This document shows, in pieces, positions 1-10,726 of a stretch of 64,000 nucleotides of DNA (position 1 is the first letter of the stretch; every line of letters starts with the position of its first letter). Made by a program: the position numbers and the translations under genes. The notes below the pieces were generated by a model that searched no databases, was not told where the DNA came from, and saw nothing but the letters and a program-made list of their open reading frames with translations. Source of the DNA: an uncultured Nitrospiraceae bacterium (GTDB lineage Bacteria; Nitrospirota; Nitrospiria; Nitrospirales; Nitrospiraceae); assembly GCA_963846575.1 (NCBI GenBank), contig CAWJWJ010000001.1:1024001-1088000 (forward strand), read 5' to 3'.

Positions 1-968
1 AACTCAACGGGCATGATCCGGAGGTTGCGGCATGGAAGACGGAATACGATGTGGTCTCGACGCTGCGAAAGCTAGGCCACGAGGTGCGGGCACTGGGTGT
101 GAAGAGCGATCTGGAAGTGATTCGTGCCGCAGTCGAGGATTGGAAGCCACACATTGCCTTCAATCTGTTGGAGGAGTTTGACGGCAGGGCAGTCTACGAC
201 CAGAACGTGGTTTCCTACCTGGAACTCATGCACATCCCGTACACCGGGTGCAATCCCAGGGGCCTCATGCTGGCGCGTGACAAGGCTCTCGCCAAAAAAG
301 TCATGTCCTACCATCGCATCCCATACCCCGAGTTCATGGTGGTGCCGCTCCATCGCATGGTGCGTCGACCTAAATACCTGCCCTTCCCGCTCATCGTGAA
401 GTCGATCAGCGAAGAGGCCTCATTGGGCATTTCACAGGCCTCCATCGTGGAAGATGATGAAAAACTGCGTGAACGGGTGGCATTCATTCATGCCAATCTC
501 GGTACCGGCGCGATGGTCGAGCGTTATATCGAAGGGCGTGAACTCTATGTCGGGGTCATGGGCAATGCGCACCTGCAGGTCTTTCCGGTCTGGGAACTGG
601 TGATGGATAAGATGCCGGACGAAGCCAAGCGGATTGCCACTGAACGCGTGAAATGGAGCCGCAAGTACCAAGAGAAGTACGGCATCCGGTCCTGTGAGGC
701 GAGGAACTTACCGGAGGGGGTCGTCGATCACATTCAGCACCTGGCCAAACGCGTCTATCGGGCATTGGGGCTTAGCGGCTATGCACGGATCGACATGCGG
801 ATGGATAAGGAGGGTGTCGTCTATGTATTAGAGGCCAATCCGAATCCCCAAATCGCCACCGGGGAAGACTTTGCCGAATCCGCCGAAAAAGCGAATCTGG
901 CCTACAAAGATCTCTTGAAGGAGCTGCTGCACGTTGGGCTTCGATGGCGCCCGGTCAAGGCCGCCTGA
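1..968 (+). CDS. D-Ala-D-Ala ligase-like ATP-grasp protein (5' truncated by window edge)
   Basis: Frame open from position 3 (LNGHDPEVAAWKTEYDVV...); ATP-grasp motifs PYTG, DKALAK, PLIVK, VERYIEGRE, GYARIDMR, LEANPNP. Confidence 0.8.
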   Translation, partial: LNGHDPEVAAWKTEYDVVSTLRKLGHEVRALGVKSDLEVIRAAVEDWKPHIAFNLLEEFDGRAVYDQNVVSYLELMHIPYTGCNPRGLMLARDKALAKKVMSYHRIPYPEFMVVPLHRMVRRPKYLPFPLIVKSISEEASLGISQASIVEDDEKLRERVAFIHANLGTGAMVERYIEGRELYVGVMGNAHLQVFPVWELVMDKMPDEAKRIATERVKWSRKYQEKYGIRSCEARNLPEGVVDHIQHLAKRVYRALGLSGYARIDMRMDKEGVVYVLEANPNPQIATGEDFAESAEKANLAYKDLLKELLHVGLRWRPVKAA

Positions 969-1259
969 CGGATGTCGAGACGGATTGGCTGCGAAGTAGT
1001 CGTTCCTCTCACAACATCGACTCCAACCCTAGGCCGGCGTTTCGCTCTTCGGGGCACCGTTTGAAACGCGGTTGAGGCGGCGTCGTCCCCCTCTCACTAG
1101 CCTGCTCAGTGCTGATCCACCCGATACGTATTCGCCGGCTCCGATCGGGGAGTCACGCTCTTGGTCCACGGCCGGGTTGCCACGTCTGATGGCGGAGGCC
1201 GGCGGGTGGTACGGCGACTCCCCGTGCTCCGGATTGCACAATAACTGCGCAGGAGTTCG

Positions 1260-1823
1260 TTAGGGCCCCCATCGGATGCCAAACAGGAGCGCGACGCTAG
1301 AATTGTCATTCGGCACGGGTGCGGAGAGCGTGATGTGGTGCAGGTTCACCATGAGGGTGGTGGCGAAAGCGATTTTTGGTCCGACCTGGTATTCCAGCGA
1401 CATGCCGAGTGGAATGAAATGGCTGGTATCATTGCGATCGATCTTCGATGGGCCGCCGCCGCGGTTCAGGTCAGCGTGGAGAAAGCCCAGCCCGGCGAAC
1501 GGCACGAGATTGTACCCGCTGTTGAGTCGAAGGTGATACTTGGCCACGGCAGCCAGGCCGATCTGCGTCAGATCGCCGACCGGCGTGAACAGGGCCATCC
1601 CGCCGAACGAAAAGTTCTGGTCCATGTAGTAGTCGAGTCCGAAACCCATCGCGAACGTGGTGTTGTTGGTGGTGCCGGTCCAGAGGCCGAGATCTGTCGC
1701 GAACCCCCAGCGCGCCTCTTGCGTCTCTGCAGGTCTCGCCGGGTCAGCTGAGAAACACGCAAGGCAGAGGAATACGAGACAGGCGAAGCCTGTGGGCGGC
1801 AGCCGATGGTGTGCGGTGTTCAT
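1260..1823 (-). CDS. Outer-membrane beta-barrel protein (OmpA/OmpW-like)
   Basis: Hydrophobic signal-like N-terminus, alternating amphipathic strands (GFGLDYY, PFAGLGFLHA, LGMSLEYQ), aromatic near C-terminus; start taken at MNTAHH. Confidence 0.65.
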   Translation of the reverse strand: MNTAHHRLPPTGFACLVFLCLACFSADPARPAETQEARWGFATDLGLWTGTTNNTTFAMGFGLDYYMDQNFSFGGMALFTPVGDLTQIGLAAVAKYHLRLNSGYNLVPFAGLGFLHADLNRGGGPSKIDRNDTSHFIPLGMSLEYQVGPKIAFATTLMVNLHHITLSAPVPNDNSSVALLFGIRWGP

Positions 1824-1965
1824 GCGTACCATATAAGTAGTGTGGCGCGGACTGTAGCATAGGCCTCCGAGGACGGACAAGACTCAGCGGCACATTCCGG
1901 CAGGTCCACAGTTGTCAGTGCGCCTGCACCTGCAGTATCCTTCCGCTTCTTGCGGGAGGAGACGT

Positions 1966-2460
1966 ATGACCAATCAATCGATGACCCCGAATGAAGCCGC
2001 AGAGGCCTTGTATAAACTGATGCCGCGACGGATCTCCGTGGAGATAATGGGCGAGTACGGTATTGACGTGTCAGAAGAGCAGTCGAAGGATCTTACCCGG
2101 GAGTTACTCTCCTTCACGCTCTATTGGGTGTCGGCCGCGATTAATGCCCATATTCCCAGGAAGTACCGCGAGCTGTTGTTTCAGCGGATTCTGGACTTCA
2201 TTCATGAAGATTGGGCCAATGAATTCAGGCTCGAGGCACTGAAGTGGGAGGACTACCTCGTGGAAATGGAAGCCCGGCGGGCGTTCTATTCTCAGGTGGG
2301 GGACTTCGAAGGGGGGGCCATCGCGGCGTCCGAAGAGATCTCAGACCTGCTCGAAGAGCAGGGGCTTATCCAGCCGGAGGATCGGCCAAAATTGCTGGTG
2401 TTGCTCCCCGATCTGGTCCCGCTGGATAAGTATCAGACGTTGCTGGGTGAATGCGCCTAG
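1966..2460 (+). CDS. Hypothetical acidic helical protein
   Basis: GGAGGA SD before ATG 1966; protein-like composition; no motif recognised. Confidence 0.6.
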   Translation: MTNQSMTPNEAAEALYKLMPRRISVEIMGEYGIDVSEEQSKDLTRELLSFTLYWVSAAINAHIPRKYRELLFQRILDFIHEDWANEFRLEALKWEDYLVEMEARRAFYSQVGDFEGGAIAASEEISDLLEEQGLIQPEDRPKLLVLLPDLVPLDKYQTLLGECA

Positions 2461-2480
2461 GCGATAACCGGCCCGACCCG

Positions 2481-3086
2481 TCAGAGATACCGGTGCGACA
2501 ACACCTTCCCGTTGCTGTCCAGTTCATACAGCAGCGGCGCGCCGGTCGGAATGTTGAGCTCCAGCACCTGCTCCCTGGTCAACTGTTCGAGTTGCATCAC
2601 CAGGGCTCGCAGACTGTTTCCGTGGGCGGCAATCAGAATGGTTTCACCCTGTAGGACCGACGGCTTGATGCGGCTGTCATAATAGGGAAGGACCCGCTCG
2701 GCGGTATCCTTCAAGCTTTCCCCTCCAGGCGGACGCACGTCATAACTTCGCCGCCAGATCTTGACCTGTTCATCTCCGAACTTCTTGGCCGTTTCGGCCT
2801 TGTTCAGTCCCTGCAGTTCTCCATACATGCGTTCGTTGAGCGCTTTATCCTTTTCAATCGGAATGTTCGTCTGTCCGGTTTCTTCCAAAATGATGCGCAG
2901 CGTTTCGTTGGCCCGGGCCAAGACCGAGGAGAAGGCTCGATCAAAGGTCATCCCCGACAGTTTCTTGCCAGCGGCCTTCGCTTCTTCTATGCCCTTCGGA
3001 GACAGCGGCACATCCACCCACCCGGTAAAACGGTTTTCCAAATTCCACTGCGATTCGCCGTGACGAATGAGAATCAGTTTGCTCAT
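2481..3086 (-). CDS. gpmA: 2,3-bisphosphoglycerate-dependent phosphoglycerate mutase
   Basis: [57 protein letters not shown]. Confidence 0.95.
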   Translation of the reverse strand: MSKLILIRHGESQWNLENRFTGWVDVPLSPKGIEEAKAAGKKLSGMTFDRAFSSVLARANETLRIILEETGQTNIPIEKDKALNERMYGELQGLNKAETAKKFGDEQVKIWRRSYDVRPPGGESLKDTAERVLPYYDSRIKPSVLQGETILIAAHGNSLRALVMQLEQLTREQVLELNIPTGAPLLYELDSNGKVLSHRYL

Positions 3087-3270
3087 CGTGTCTCGTCTCC
3101 TTATCCGAAGGGATGGGAATGTGTGGGGACAGGTTACGCGATTTCCCCTTCACCCTGTCAAGCGCGTTGAGCAGACCGGAGCGATCCTCGACCACGTCGT
3201 GCCCGGTTGCAATCACCTTAGGCAGCCAGTACCATGCCGCCGAATCCCTCATCATCCGCGGAGTGTGTCA

Positions 3271-4101
3271 ATGGCTGCTCATCTGCCTTCAGAGTGGGTT
3301 CCCTTGCAGGAGTGGTGGCAGGCGATGGGCCGTCGCCTCCAGGTTGAAGACCGGGTGGAGGCATTTTTCCGGCGAGCGTTCGGGGTCAGTCAGGCGCTGG
3401 CAGGGGTTGCCCAAGTCGGGGGCCAGGTCGAATACGTCCTGTTTGTGCTCGTGCGGTACTGGATTCCCGTCGTCTTGCCGCCGCCTGGTCGTGAACGCGC
3501 CTCTAAAGGTGATCCCGACTATTGGCTCGAGTCCGAGCAGATTCTCAAGACGGCGGCGGCGAGGCTGCGGGAGCTCAAGCCCTTGATCGAGCTGCTCACG
3601 GCGACCAATCCCTTGAATCAGGGGGCGGCCGATCCTGTTCCGACGCAGCCTCGGGTCGTCGAAGTGGAATTAGCCAATATGTTGCAGGGCATTGCCGAAT
3701 CTGCCGGAAGTTATGGTGGCCCGGACTATACATCGGTGATCAAGACCTTTGATCCGGTTCCCCTGCGGCAGACCCAGCCCTTCAAACACAATAAAAAGAA
3801 TAGCGCCGAGCTCTGGGTGATCTTTTTGCTCCGCGAACATTTTCGCAGTCTCAGTGTGGGTAAGGACCGCTATTGGCCGCTCGTGGCCGGTCTCTGTTCG
3901 GCCGCAGGCATCACCAACCCCAATGGGCAACCGTATAGTGCGGATGAATTGAAATCCTGGTGGCAGAAGAACTGGCCGCGCACCTACACGCAACTCGAAC
4001 AAACCCAAGCGGCGCCAGACTCCAGTGGCGCGGCCTATCAGCAGGATTTTGAATGGTTCGTAGCCTGGATCGAATGGCAGCGGCAGCGCATGTCGGAATA
4101 G
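3271..4101 (+). CDS. Hypothetical protein
   Basis: Long ORF with protein-like Trp-rich sequence from MAAHLP; no family recognised. Confidence 0.55.
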   Translation: MAAHLPSEWVPLQEWWQAMGRRLQVEDRVEAFFRRAFGVSQALAGVAQVGGQVEYVLFVLVRYWIPVVLPPPGRERASKGDPDYWLESEQILKTAAARLRELKPLIELLTATNPLNQGAADPVPTQPRVVEVELANMLQGIAESAGSYGGPDYTSVIKTFDPVPLRQTQPFKHNKKNSAELWVIFLLREHFRSLSVGKDRYWPLVAGLCSAAGITNPNGQPYSADELKSWWQKNWPRTYTQLEQTQAAPDSSGAAYQQDFEWFVAWIEWQRQRMSE

Positions 4102-4702
4102 CCTTGTGGTCGTTGACGAGGCGGAGCGGAGAGAGGGGGTTCTTGTTAAGCAATAGAGTCCTGCAATCGCAGCCTGTCAGTTACAGGTCGAATGAGTACC
4201 GGCGGTGGTTGCATGCCGAAACCCTGGCGCACGTGGCATCTTCTGGTTAGAGATGGCCAAAGCCTATCTTCTGGTGAAGGAACTCTACGTTGCGGGAAGC
4301 GTGTGCGCGACATGAGATCGGTACTCCCGCCACGCGAGACCTGATCGCAAGAGCTTGAACTGCTCGGTAGCCCCGGCGCGTCCTGTCTCACCTCTCGCGT
4401 TATGCTCAGACTAGGGCGGAGGTCGTTTCCGAGTTCGGCTGGCGCCAGGGATCGATTGAATGCCGGAGACCGGCGTGCCGTTCGCCTGAGACCGGCGCGG
4501 CTGAATGAAGGTTGATGAGAGGAAGGGAGGCGCGCCCACCTTGAAAATGAGGGATGAGATTCGGGAATCCTTCAGAAATCACGTGTCTCATAGTTGAGAG
4601 CTGCTAACCCGTCCAACAGAATGGCTCTCTCGCAGAATGTAAGCCTCAGAAGACTCGCAACTCTTGTCGGGACGCTGGGAGGACCCGGCGACGGCGGCTT
4701 GC

Positions 4703-5356
4703 CTACACGTGCGTGAGACTTGCAGGGTGTGGCTTGGCCGGGGGCCCCTGCGGCCCGTCCGGCGGACCCTCCTTGATCATGGCTACCACGAGTCCGATCT
4801 TTAACACGAGCAGGCCGACGCCCACCCAGACCACATATGGCTGCACACCCCCCAGTTCACCCACGAGCTGTTGTCTGGCTTCTCCCCCCGTCGTGCGCTC
4901 ACTTTTGATCTTCGCGAGCTGTTCCTTCGCATGCCAGAAGTAAATATAGTTGGCGCTGGCGCCGGCGATGATCCGCCAGATGATGTCGGCGGAGAGGTCC
5001 TGGGTGATGTAGAAGGCCATGGCCGGCCCGATGGCATAAATCAAGGCATAGACATACATCTTCCGGTACAGAAACCAGAGGAACGGTTCGAAGATGAAGG
5101 CTGGCCAGTGCCAGGTAAGAGCGAACTGAGGTCCTCCCGGCCCGGTGAATTTCTTGAATGTCGTGAGGTAACGGTCGGCATTCGGTCCGATGAACGCCTT
5201 CCAGAGATCCGCATCAGTCTGAGGTTCTGGCGGCGGTGAAGATGGTGCCACTTCCGCCGCTGTCACCTGCTGCTCAAGGGTCAAGGCGCCACCGCATTGG
5301 TGGCAAAAGCGCGCGTCGTCCCGATTTTGTTGCTGGCATTGGGCGCAAGGCTTCAT
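4703..5356 (-). CDS. Zinc-ribbon plus DUF2628-like membrane protein
   Basis: N-terminal CxxC...FCxxCG; AFIGPNADRY, WHWPAFIF.WFLYRKMY, ANYIY, GGV motifs. Confidence 0.75.
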   Translation of the reverse strand: MKPCAQCQQQNRDDARFCHQCGGALTLEQQVTAAEVAPSSPPPEPQTDADLWKAFIGPNADRYLTTFKKFTGPGGPQFALTWHWPAFIFEPFLWFLYRKMYVYALIYAIGPAMAFYITQDLSADIIWRIIAGASANYIYFWHAKEQLAKIKSERTTGGEARQQLVGELGGVQPYVVWVGVGLLVLKIGLVVAMIKEGPPDGPQGPPAKPHPASLTHV

Positions 5357-5528
5357 ACCTTCACCTTATCCCACCCGCCGTCTCTTCCCGTCAAGGACGA
5401 ACGAGAGGATGATGCCCTGTGTCGAGGCGCACGCTCGCCGCGCTGGGAGCTACTAATGGGCTCTGGTTTGGTTGCTTTCAACTTTCCCCTATGGTAGCTT
5501 CGCCGACTCATGCTGGGAGAGGTGTGTC

Positions 5529-6734
5529 ATGCCGACGGGTGAGTTACGTCTCGATGCCGACCAATATTTGATGAATACCTATACGCGCCAGCCGATTTCG
5601 ATCGTGCGGGGGCAGGGTACCAAGGTTTACGACCTGGAAGGACGGCAATACGTCGATTTTGTGGCCGGCATCGCCGTGAATCTTCTCGGGCATGGGCACC
5701 CGGATCTGGTTCTGGCCATTCAGAAGCAGGTACGCCACCTAATTCATACCTCGAATTTATATTATACCGAACCGCAGGTCGCGCTGGCCCGGATGCTGGT
5801 CGAGCATTCCTTTGCCCAGAAGGTTTTTTTCTGTAACAGCGGCGCAGAGGCGAATGAAGCGGCGATCAAGCTGGCCCGAAAGTATTCGTACGACAAGTAT
5901 GGAGCTGACCGCTACGAGATCATTACGATGAAGAACTCCTTTCATGGCCGTACCCTGGCCACCCTGACGGCCACCGGCCAGGAGAAGGTGCAAAAGGGAT
6001 TCGCCCCGCTCGTGCCCGGGTTTTCCTATGTGACGTTCAACGATCTGTCGGAGATCGAACGGGCTATGACGTCGAAAACCGCCGCGGTCATGCTCGAGCC
6101 CATTCAAGCAGAAGGCGGAGTCTACGTGGCGGATCGAGGCTACCTCCAGGGGTTGCGGGAGCTGTGCCGAGAACGCGATGTGCTCCTTATTTTTGATGAA
6201 GTGCAGACTGGCATGGGCCGGACCGGCACTCTGTTCTGTTACGAACAGTTCGGCATGCAACCGGATATTATGACCCTGGCGAAGGGCCTCGGAGGGGGTG
6301 TGCCGATCGGTGCCTGCCTGGCAACGGACGCAGTCGCGCACGCGTTTTCTCCCGGGACCCATGCATCGACGTTTGGCGGCAACCCCCTGGCCTGTGCGGC
6401 CGGCTTGGCGGTGCTGCGGGTGCTGCTGGATGGAAAAGTTCTGGAACGGGGCCGACGGGCGGGCGAAAGTCTGGCCAAGGGCTTGGCCGTGCTCAAAGAG
6501 AGACATCGTCTGGTGAGTGACGTCCGTGGTCTCGGTCTGTTGCAGGCTATCGAGCTGAGCATCGACGGCAAAGCCGTGGTTGCCGATTGTCTTGCCCGCG
6601 GGTTGTTGATCAACTGCACGGGTGATCGTGTCCTGCGCTTCGTTCCGCCGCTTATTATCACCGAGCCCGAGATTGCCCGCTTGCTGAACGCGCTTGCCCT
6701 GATCCTGAGCCAGCGAGCCACCTCAACCCATTAA
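5529..6734 (+). CDS. argD: Acetylornithine aminotransferase
   Basis: MNTYTR, DFVAGIAVN.LGH, FFCNSGAEANEAAIK, SFHGRT, DEVQTGMGRTG, AKGLGGG; precedes argF. Confidence 0.93.
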   Translation: MPTGELRLDADQYLMNTYTRQPISIVRGQGTKVYDLEGRQYVDFVAGIAVNLLGHGHPDLVLAIQKQVRHLIHTSNLYYTEPQVALARMLVEHSFAQKVFFCNSGAEANEAAIKLARKYSYDKYGADRYEIITMKNSFHGRTLATLTATGQEKVQKGFAPLVPGFSYVTFNDLSEIERAMTSKTAAVMLEPIQAEGGVYVADRGYLQGLRELCRERDVLLIFDEVQTGMGRTGTLFCYEQFGMQPDIMTLAKGLGGGVPIGACLATDAVAHAFSPGTHASTFGGNPLACAAGLAVLRVLLDGKVLERGRRAGESLAKGLAVLKERHRLVSDVRGLGLLQAIELSIDGKAVVADCLARGLLINCTGDRVLRFVPPLIITEPEIARLLNALALILSQRATSTH

Positions 6735-6739
6735 CCCTA

Positions 6740-7747
6740 GTGGCCCATATGTCCCGCCGTTCTCGTCCAACAACAGGCCCGCCCGGTCTCGGGAAAGATT
6801 TCCTGGATCTGCTCACGATTTCCAGTGTGGAACTGACCGCGCTGCTGAAGTTGGCTGCCCAGCTCAAAGTCAAACAACGTCGTGGGATACCGCATCCTCT
6901 TTTGCCTGGACGTATGTTAGGTCTTCTCTTTCAGAAGCCTTCGACACGCACCAGGGTGTCTTTCGAGGCAGGGATGAACCAGCTCGGCGGACAGGCCATG
7001 GTTTTGCCGATGGGCGACATCCAGTTGTCACGCGGAGAGAGCGTGGCCGACACGGCGCGCGTCTTGTCACGGTATTTAGACGCGATTGTTGTGCGGACCT
7101 TCGACCACGCCACTGTGGAGGAGTGGGCTCGCGAGGCGACCATTCCTGTGATCAATGGCCTCACCGATCTGAACCATCCCTGCCAGGCATTATCGGACCT
7201 CCTGACCATTCAGGAGAAAAAGGGACAGCTGAGAGGACTGAAGATCGCATATGTCGGGGACGGCAACAATGTGACGAACTCGCTGATTGAAGCTGCGGCC
7301 AAAATGGGAATGACGATTGCCGTGGGGTGCCCGCCGGGGTACCAGCCGGATCAGCATATTGTGGATTTGGCCCGTGTGGAGGCGCAGCGTACCGGTTCGG
7401 TCATTGAGATTGGCGCGGACCCGCTCGTGGCGGTTAAGGATGCCGATGTCGTGTACACCGACGTCTGGATCAGTATGGGGCGTGAGCGGGAGCAGGCCAG
7501 GCGGTTGAAGAGCCTTGCTCCCTATCAACTGAATGCGCGATTACTGAAGCGTGCAAAGCCGGACGCCCTGGTGATGCATTGTCTGCCCGCCCATCGCGGG
7601 GAGGAGATCAGTGCCGACGTGCTGGATGGCCCGCAGTCGGTCGTCTTTGATCAGGCTGAAAATCGACTGCACATGCAGAAGGCTATTTTGGTGAGGCTCT
7701 TAGCCCAGAAGGCAAAGCGCAAGATTGTTAACCGTTCACGTCGTTGA
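6740..7747 (+). CDS. argF: Ornithine carbamoyltransferase
   Basis: [50 protein letters not shown]. Confidence 0.96.
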   Translation: MAHMSRRSRPTTGPPGLGKDFLDLLTISSVELTALLKLAAQLKVKQRRGIPHPLLPGRMLGLLFQKPSTRTRVSFEAGMNQLGGQAMVLPMGDIQLSRGESVADTARVLSRYLDAIVVRTFDHATVEEWAREATIPVINGLTDLNHPCQALSDLLTIQEKKGQLRGLKIAYVGDGNNVTNSLIEAAAKMGMTIAVGCPPGYQPDQHIVDLARVEAQRTGSVIEIGADPLVAVKDADVVYTDVWISMGREREQARRLKSLAPYQLNARLLKRAKPDALVMHCLPAHRGEEISADVLDGPQSVVFDQAENRLHMQKAILVRLLAQKAKRKIVNRSRR

Positions 7748-7755
7748 GGAGTCGC

Positions 7756-8973
7756 ATGAGTCGGTCATCGTATAAAAAAGTGGTGCTGGCCTATTCGGGA
7801 GGTTTAGACACTTCCGTCATTTTAAAGTGGCTGGAAGAAGTGTACGACTGCACGGTGATCGCGTTTTGCGCTGACCTGGGGCAGGGCGAGGACTTGAAGG
7901 CTATCAAGGCCAAGGCCCAGTCGCTGGGGGTGAAGAAAGTGTATGTGGAGGATCTGCGAGAAGTTTTTGTGAAGGACCATGTGTTTCCCATGTTGCGCGG
8001 GAACGCGGTCTATGAAGGCAGTTACCTGTTGGGCACTTCGATCGCGCGGCCATTGATCGCGCGACGGCAGGTTGAGATTGCCGCCAAGGAAGGCGCCGAG
8101 GCGGTGTGTCATGGAGCGACCGGAAAGGGGAATGACCAGGTTCGGTTTGAGTTGACCTATATGGCGCTCCACCCACAGATCAAGATCATTGCGCCCTGGC
8201 GGGAGTGGACGATGCGTTCACGCCGGGAGTTGATCGAATATGCGGAGCAACACGGAATCCCGGTCACCGCTACCAAGGCCAAGCCCTACAGCATGGACAT
8301 GAACTTGTTCCATACGAGCTACGAGGGCGGCATTCTGGAAGATCCCTGGGCAGCGCCTCCGGAAGAGATTTTTGTGATGTCGGTTTCGCCGGAACGGGCA
8401 CCCGGGAAAGCGCGTGAGGTGGCGATCGAGTATGTTGCGGGCGATCCGGTGGCGGTGGACGGAAAGAAAATGAGTCCGGCCACGCTGCTTGCCCATCTCA
8501 ATAAGTTGGGTGGCGAACACGGTGTCGGTCGCGTCGATTTGGTTGAAAATCGCTATGTCGGCATGAAGTCCCGCGGGGTGTATGAAACACCGGGTGGGAC
8601 GATCCTTCATATGGCCCATCGTGGGTTAGAGTCGCTCACGATGGATCGGGAGGTCCTGCACTTGCGGGATAGTCTGATCCCCCGTTATGCCGAGCTCATT
8701 TACTACGGCTATTGGTACGCGCCGGAGCGGGAGATGCTTCAGACTGCTCTGGATGAAGCGCAACGTGATGTGACGGGAACGGTTCGCGTCAAGCTGTACA
8801 AAGGCAGCTGCACGGTGGTAGGCCGGAAGTCCTCCCGGTCACTCTACCGGCTGGACATGGCGACATTCGAGGAAGACGACGTATATCGTCAGAAGGACGC
8901 GGAAGGGTTTATTCGTCTGAATGCCCTTCGACTGGCGATCCGGGCGCAGCGCAAAAAGAGATCGACGAAGTAA
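7756..8973 (+). CDS. argG: Argininosuccinate synthase
   Basis: [53 protein letters not shown]. Confidence 0.97.
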   Translation: MSRSSYKKVVLAYSGGLDTSVILKWLEEVYDCTVIAFCADLGQGEDLKAIKAKAQSLGVKKVYVEDLREVFVKDHVFPMLRGNAVYEGSYLLGTSIARPLIARRQVEIAAKEGAEAVCHGATGKGNDQVRFELTYMALHPQIKIIAPWREWTMRSRRELIEYAEQHGIPVTATKAKPYSMDMNLFHTSYEGGILEDPWAAPPEEIFVMSVSPERAPGKAREVAIEYVAGDPVAVDGKKMSPATLLAHLNKLGGEHGVGRVDLVENRYVGMKSRGVYETPGGTILHMAHRGLESLTMDREVLHLRDSLIPRYAELIYYGYWYAPEREMLQTALDEAQRDVTGTVRVKLYKGSCTVVGRKSSRSLYRLDMATFEEDDVYRQKDAEGFIRLNALRLAIRAQRKKRSTK

Positions 8974-10427
8974 TGGCCACGCCAAACCCTGGCGCCCCTC
9001 GTGCGCGCAAGTCTGCTACTTCGAATTCATCAGCCAATCGTACGTTGCCCAAGGGAAAGGCCTGGGGCGGTCGATTTGCTGAAAAGACCGATCGGCTGGT
9101 CGAGCAGTTCACCTCGTCGCTCGCCGTTGATCAACGGCTTTATCCTTACGACATTCAAGGCAGCATTGCGCATTGCAAGACACTTGAGAGGGCAGGGGTG
9201 CTGACACCCCGTGAGTCATCCCGGCTTGTGCGAGGATTACGGGCGGTGAAAACGGAGTTGGATGGAGCGAGATTTCCCTTCTCACCGCAGGATGAAGACA
9301 TCCATATGGCGATTGAACGCCGACTGACGGAGTTGATCGGCCCCTTGGGCGGGAAGCTGCATACCGGACGCAGCCGCAACGACCAGGTGGCGCTGGATCT
9401 GCGTTTGTTTGTGCGAGATGTTCTGTCGACCATGATGGGCCAGATTGAGGAGTTTCGCCGGGTCTTGGTGGCGCAAGCGCGCGCGCATCTGGATGTCGTC
9501 ATGCCGGGCTATACGCATTTGCAGCGAGCTCAGCCGGTGCTGCTGGCCCACCATTTCTTAGCCTATGTGGAGATGTTCGAGCGAGATCGGAGCCGCCTGT
9601 ACGATTGCCGTAAGCGGCTCGATGTGATGCCCTTGGGGTCAGGAGCGCTGGCCGGATCGAATTATCCCGTCGACCGGCGGTACACCGCCGAGCTGCTGGA
9701 TTTTCCTTCGGTCACGCAGAATAGCCTCGATGCCGTGTCGGACCGCGACGGGGTTGTAGAGGTGCTGAGCGCGTTGTCACTCATTATGATGCATCTCTCA
9801 CGTATGAGCGAAGAGTTAATTCTCTGGGCCTCCCAGGAGTTCCGATACATCGATTTGCCTGACAGCTTTTGCACCGGCAGCAGCATGATGCCGCAAAAAA
9901 AGAACCCGGATGTGCCGGAATTGGTTCGTGGCAAGACCGGGAGGGTCTACGGTCATTTAATAGGAACCTTGACAGTCCTTAAAGGGCTGCCCCTGAGTTA
10001 TAATCGGGATCTTCAAGAAGACAAAGAGGCGCTGTTTGACGCCGTGGACACAACGGGGCAGTCGCTGGTTCTTTGCACGGAATTGATCCGACGTTTGGTG
10101 GTCAATCGGGCGGTGCTTGCGGCGGCTGCCGAAGGGGGCGGGATGCTGGCGACGGAATTGGCGGATTACCTCGTGACGAAGGGGGTGCCGTTCCGGGAGG
10201 CCCATTCCATTACTGGACAGATTGTGCGATCCTCGATGGAGAATCAGCGATCGCTTCAGCAGTTAACGCTGCAGGATCTGCGGGGCTTTTCCACGCACTT
10301 CGACCAGGATGCGCTGGAGTGTCTCACCGTGCAGGGAGCGATCGATCGTAAGCGCCAAATCGGTGGGACGTCGCGACGCCGGGTTGAGGCGCGCATTAAA
10401 GAACTGGAAAAGGTGTTGAACGCATGA
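8973..10427 (+). CDS. argH: Argininosuccinate lyase
   Basis: WGGRF, EDIHMAIE, LHTGRSRNDQVA, PGYTHLQRAQP, GSSMMPQKKNPD, YNRDLQEDKE. Confidence 0.97.
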   Translation: MATPNPGAPRARKSATSNSSANRTLPKGKAWGGRFAEKTDRLVEQFTSSLAVDQRLYPYDIQGSIAHCKTLERAGVLTPRESSRLVRGLRAVKTELDGARFPFSPQDEDIHMAIERRLTELIGPLGGKLHTGRSRNDQVALDLRLFVRDVLSTMMGQIEEFRRVLVAQARAHLDVVMPGYTHLQRAQPVLLAHHFLAYVEMFERDRSRLYDCRKRLDVMPLGSGALAGSNYPVDRRYTAELLDFPSVTQNSLDAVSDRDGVVEVLSALSLIMMHLSRMSEELILWASQEFRYIDLPDSFCTGSSMMPQKKNPDVPELVRGKTGRVYGHLIGTLTVLKGLPLSYNRDLQEDKEALFDAVDTTGQSLVLCTELIRRLVVNRAVLAAAAEGGGMLATELADYLVTKGVPFREAHSITGQIVRSSMENQRSLQQLTLQDLRGFSTHFDQDALECLTVQGAIDRKRQIGGTSRRRVEARIKELEKVLNA

Positions 10428-10726
10428 TGGCCGCCTGCGAGTGCTCGCCTGCGGCCCATGGCCGTGTAGCGAGCGTGCTCCTATTTGTCATTGGGCTGGG
10501 TGGCTGCGGAGTGCTGGGCTCCCCGATTCCTCCAGAGGATGTGGGCGTGTCTCCCGTTATAGAGCGGCAACTGAGGCGTGAAGGACTCCTCCCCCCCGGT
10601 GCCAGCGTATATGGTTCTGCTTCGAGGCCCAATGCTCCCAGTGGGATTACTATCGAAGAATCTCCAATTCCAGCCGAGCCGGTGCCTTTGCCGGTCCCAC
10701 CGCTCAGGCAAATGGGAACACGCTAG
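10424..10726 (+). CDS. Small Pro-rich lipoprotein, LptM/YifL/LppL-like
   Basis: ATGA overlap with argH stop; lipobox LGGC followed by GVLGSPIPPE; lies directly upstream of lysA. Confidence 0.5.
   Translation: MMAACECSPAAHGRVASVLLFVIGLGGCGVLGSPIPPEDVGVSPVIERQLRREGLLPPGASVYGSASRPNAPSGITIEESPIPAEPVPLPVPPLRQMGTR

Noticed and set aside
4140..4700. RNase P, tmRNA, SRP or 6S RNA identity for the long gap
   Set aside because: Hallmark motifs (GAGGAAAGTCC, tRNA-like ends, GGAAGGAAGCAGC) not found; only a lone CTTGAAC, which is insufficient.
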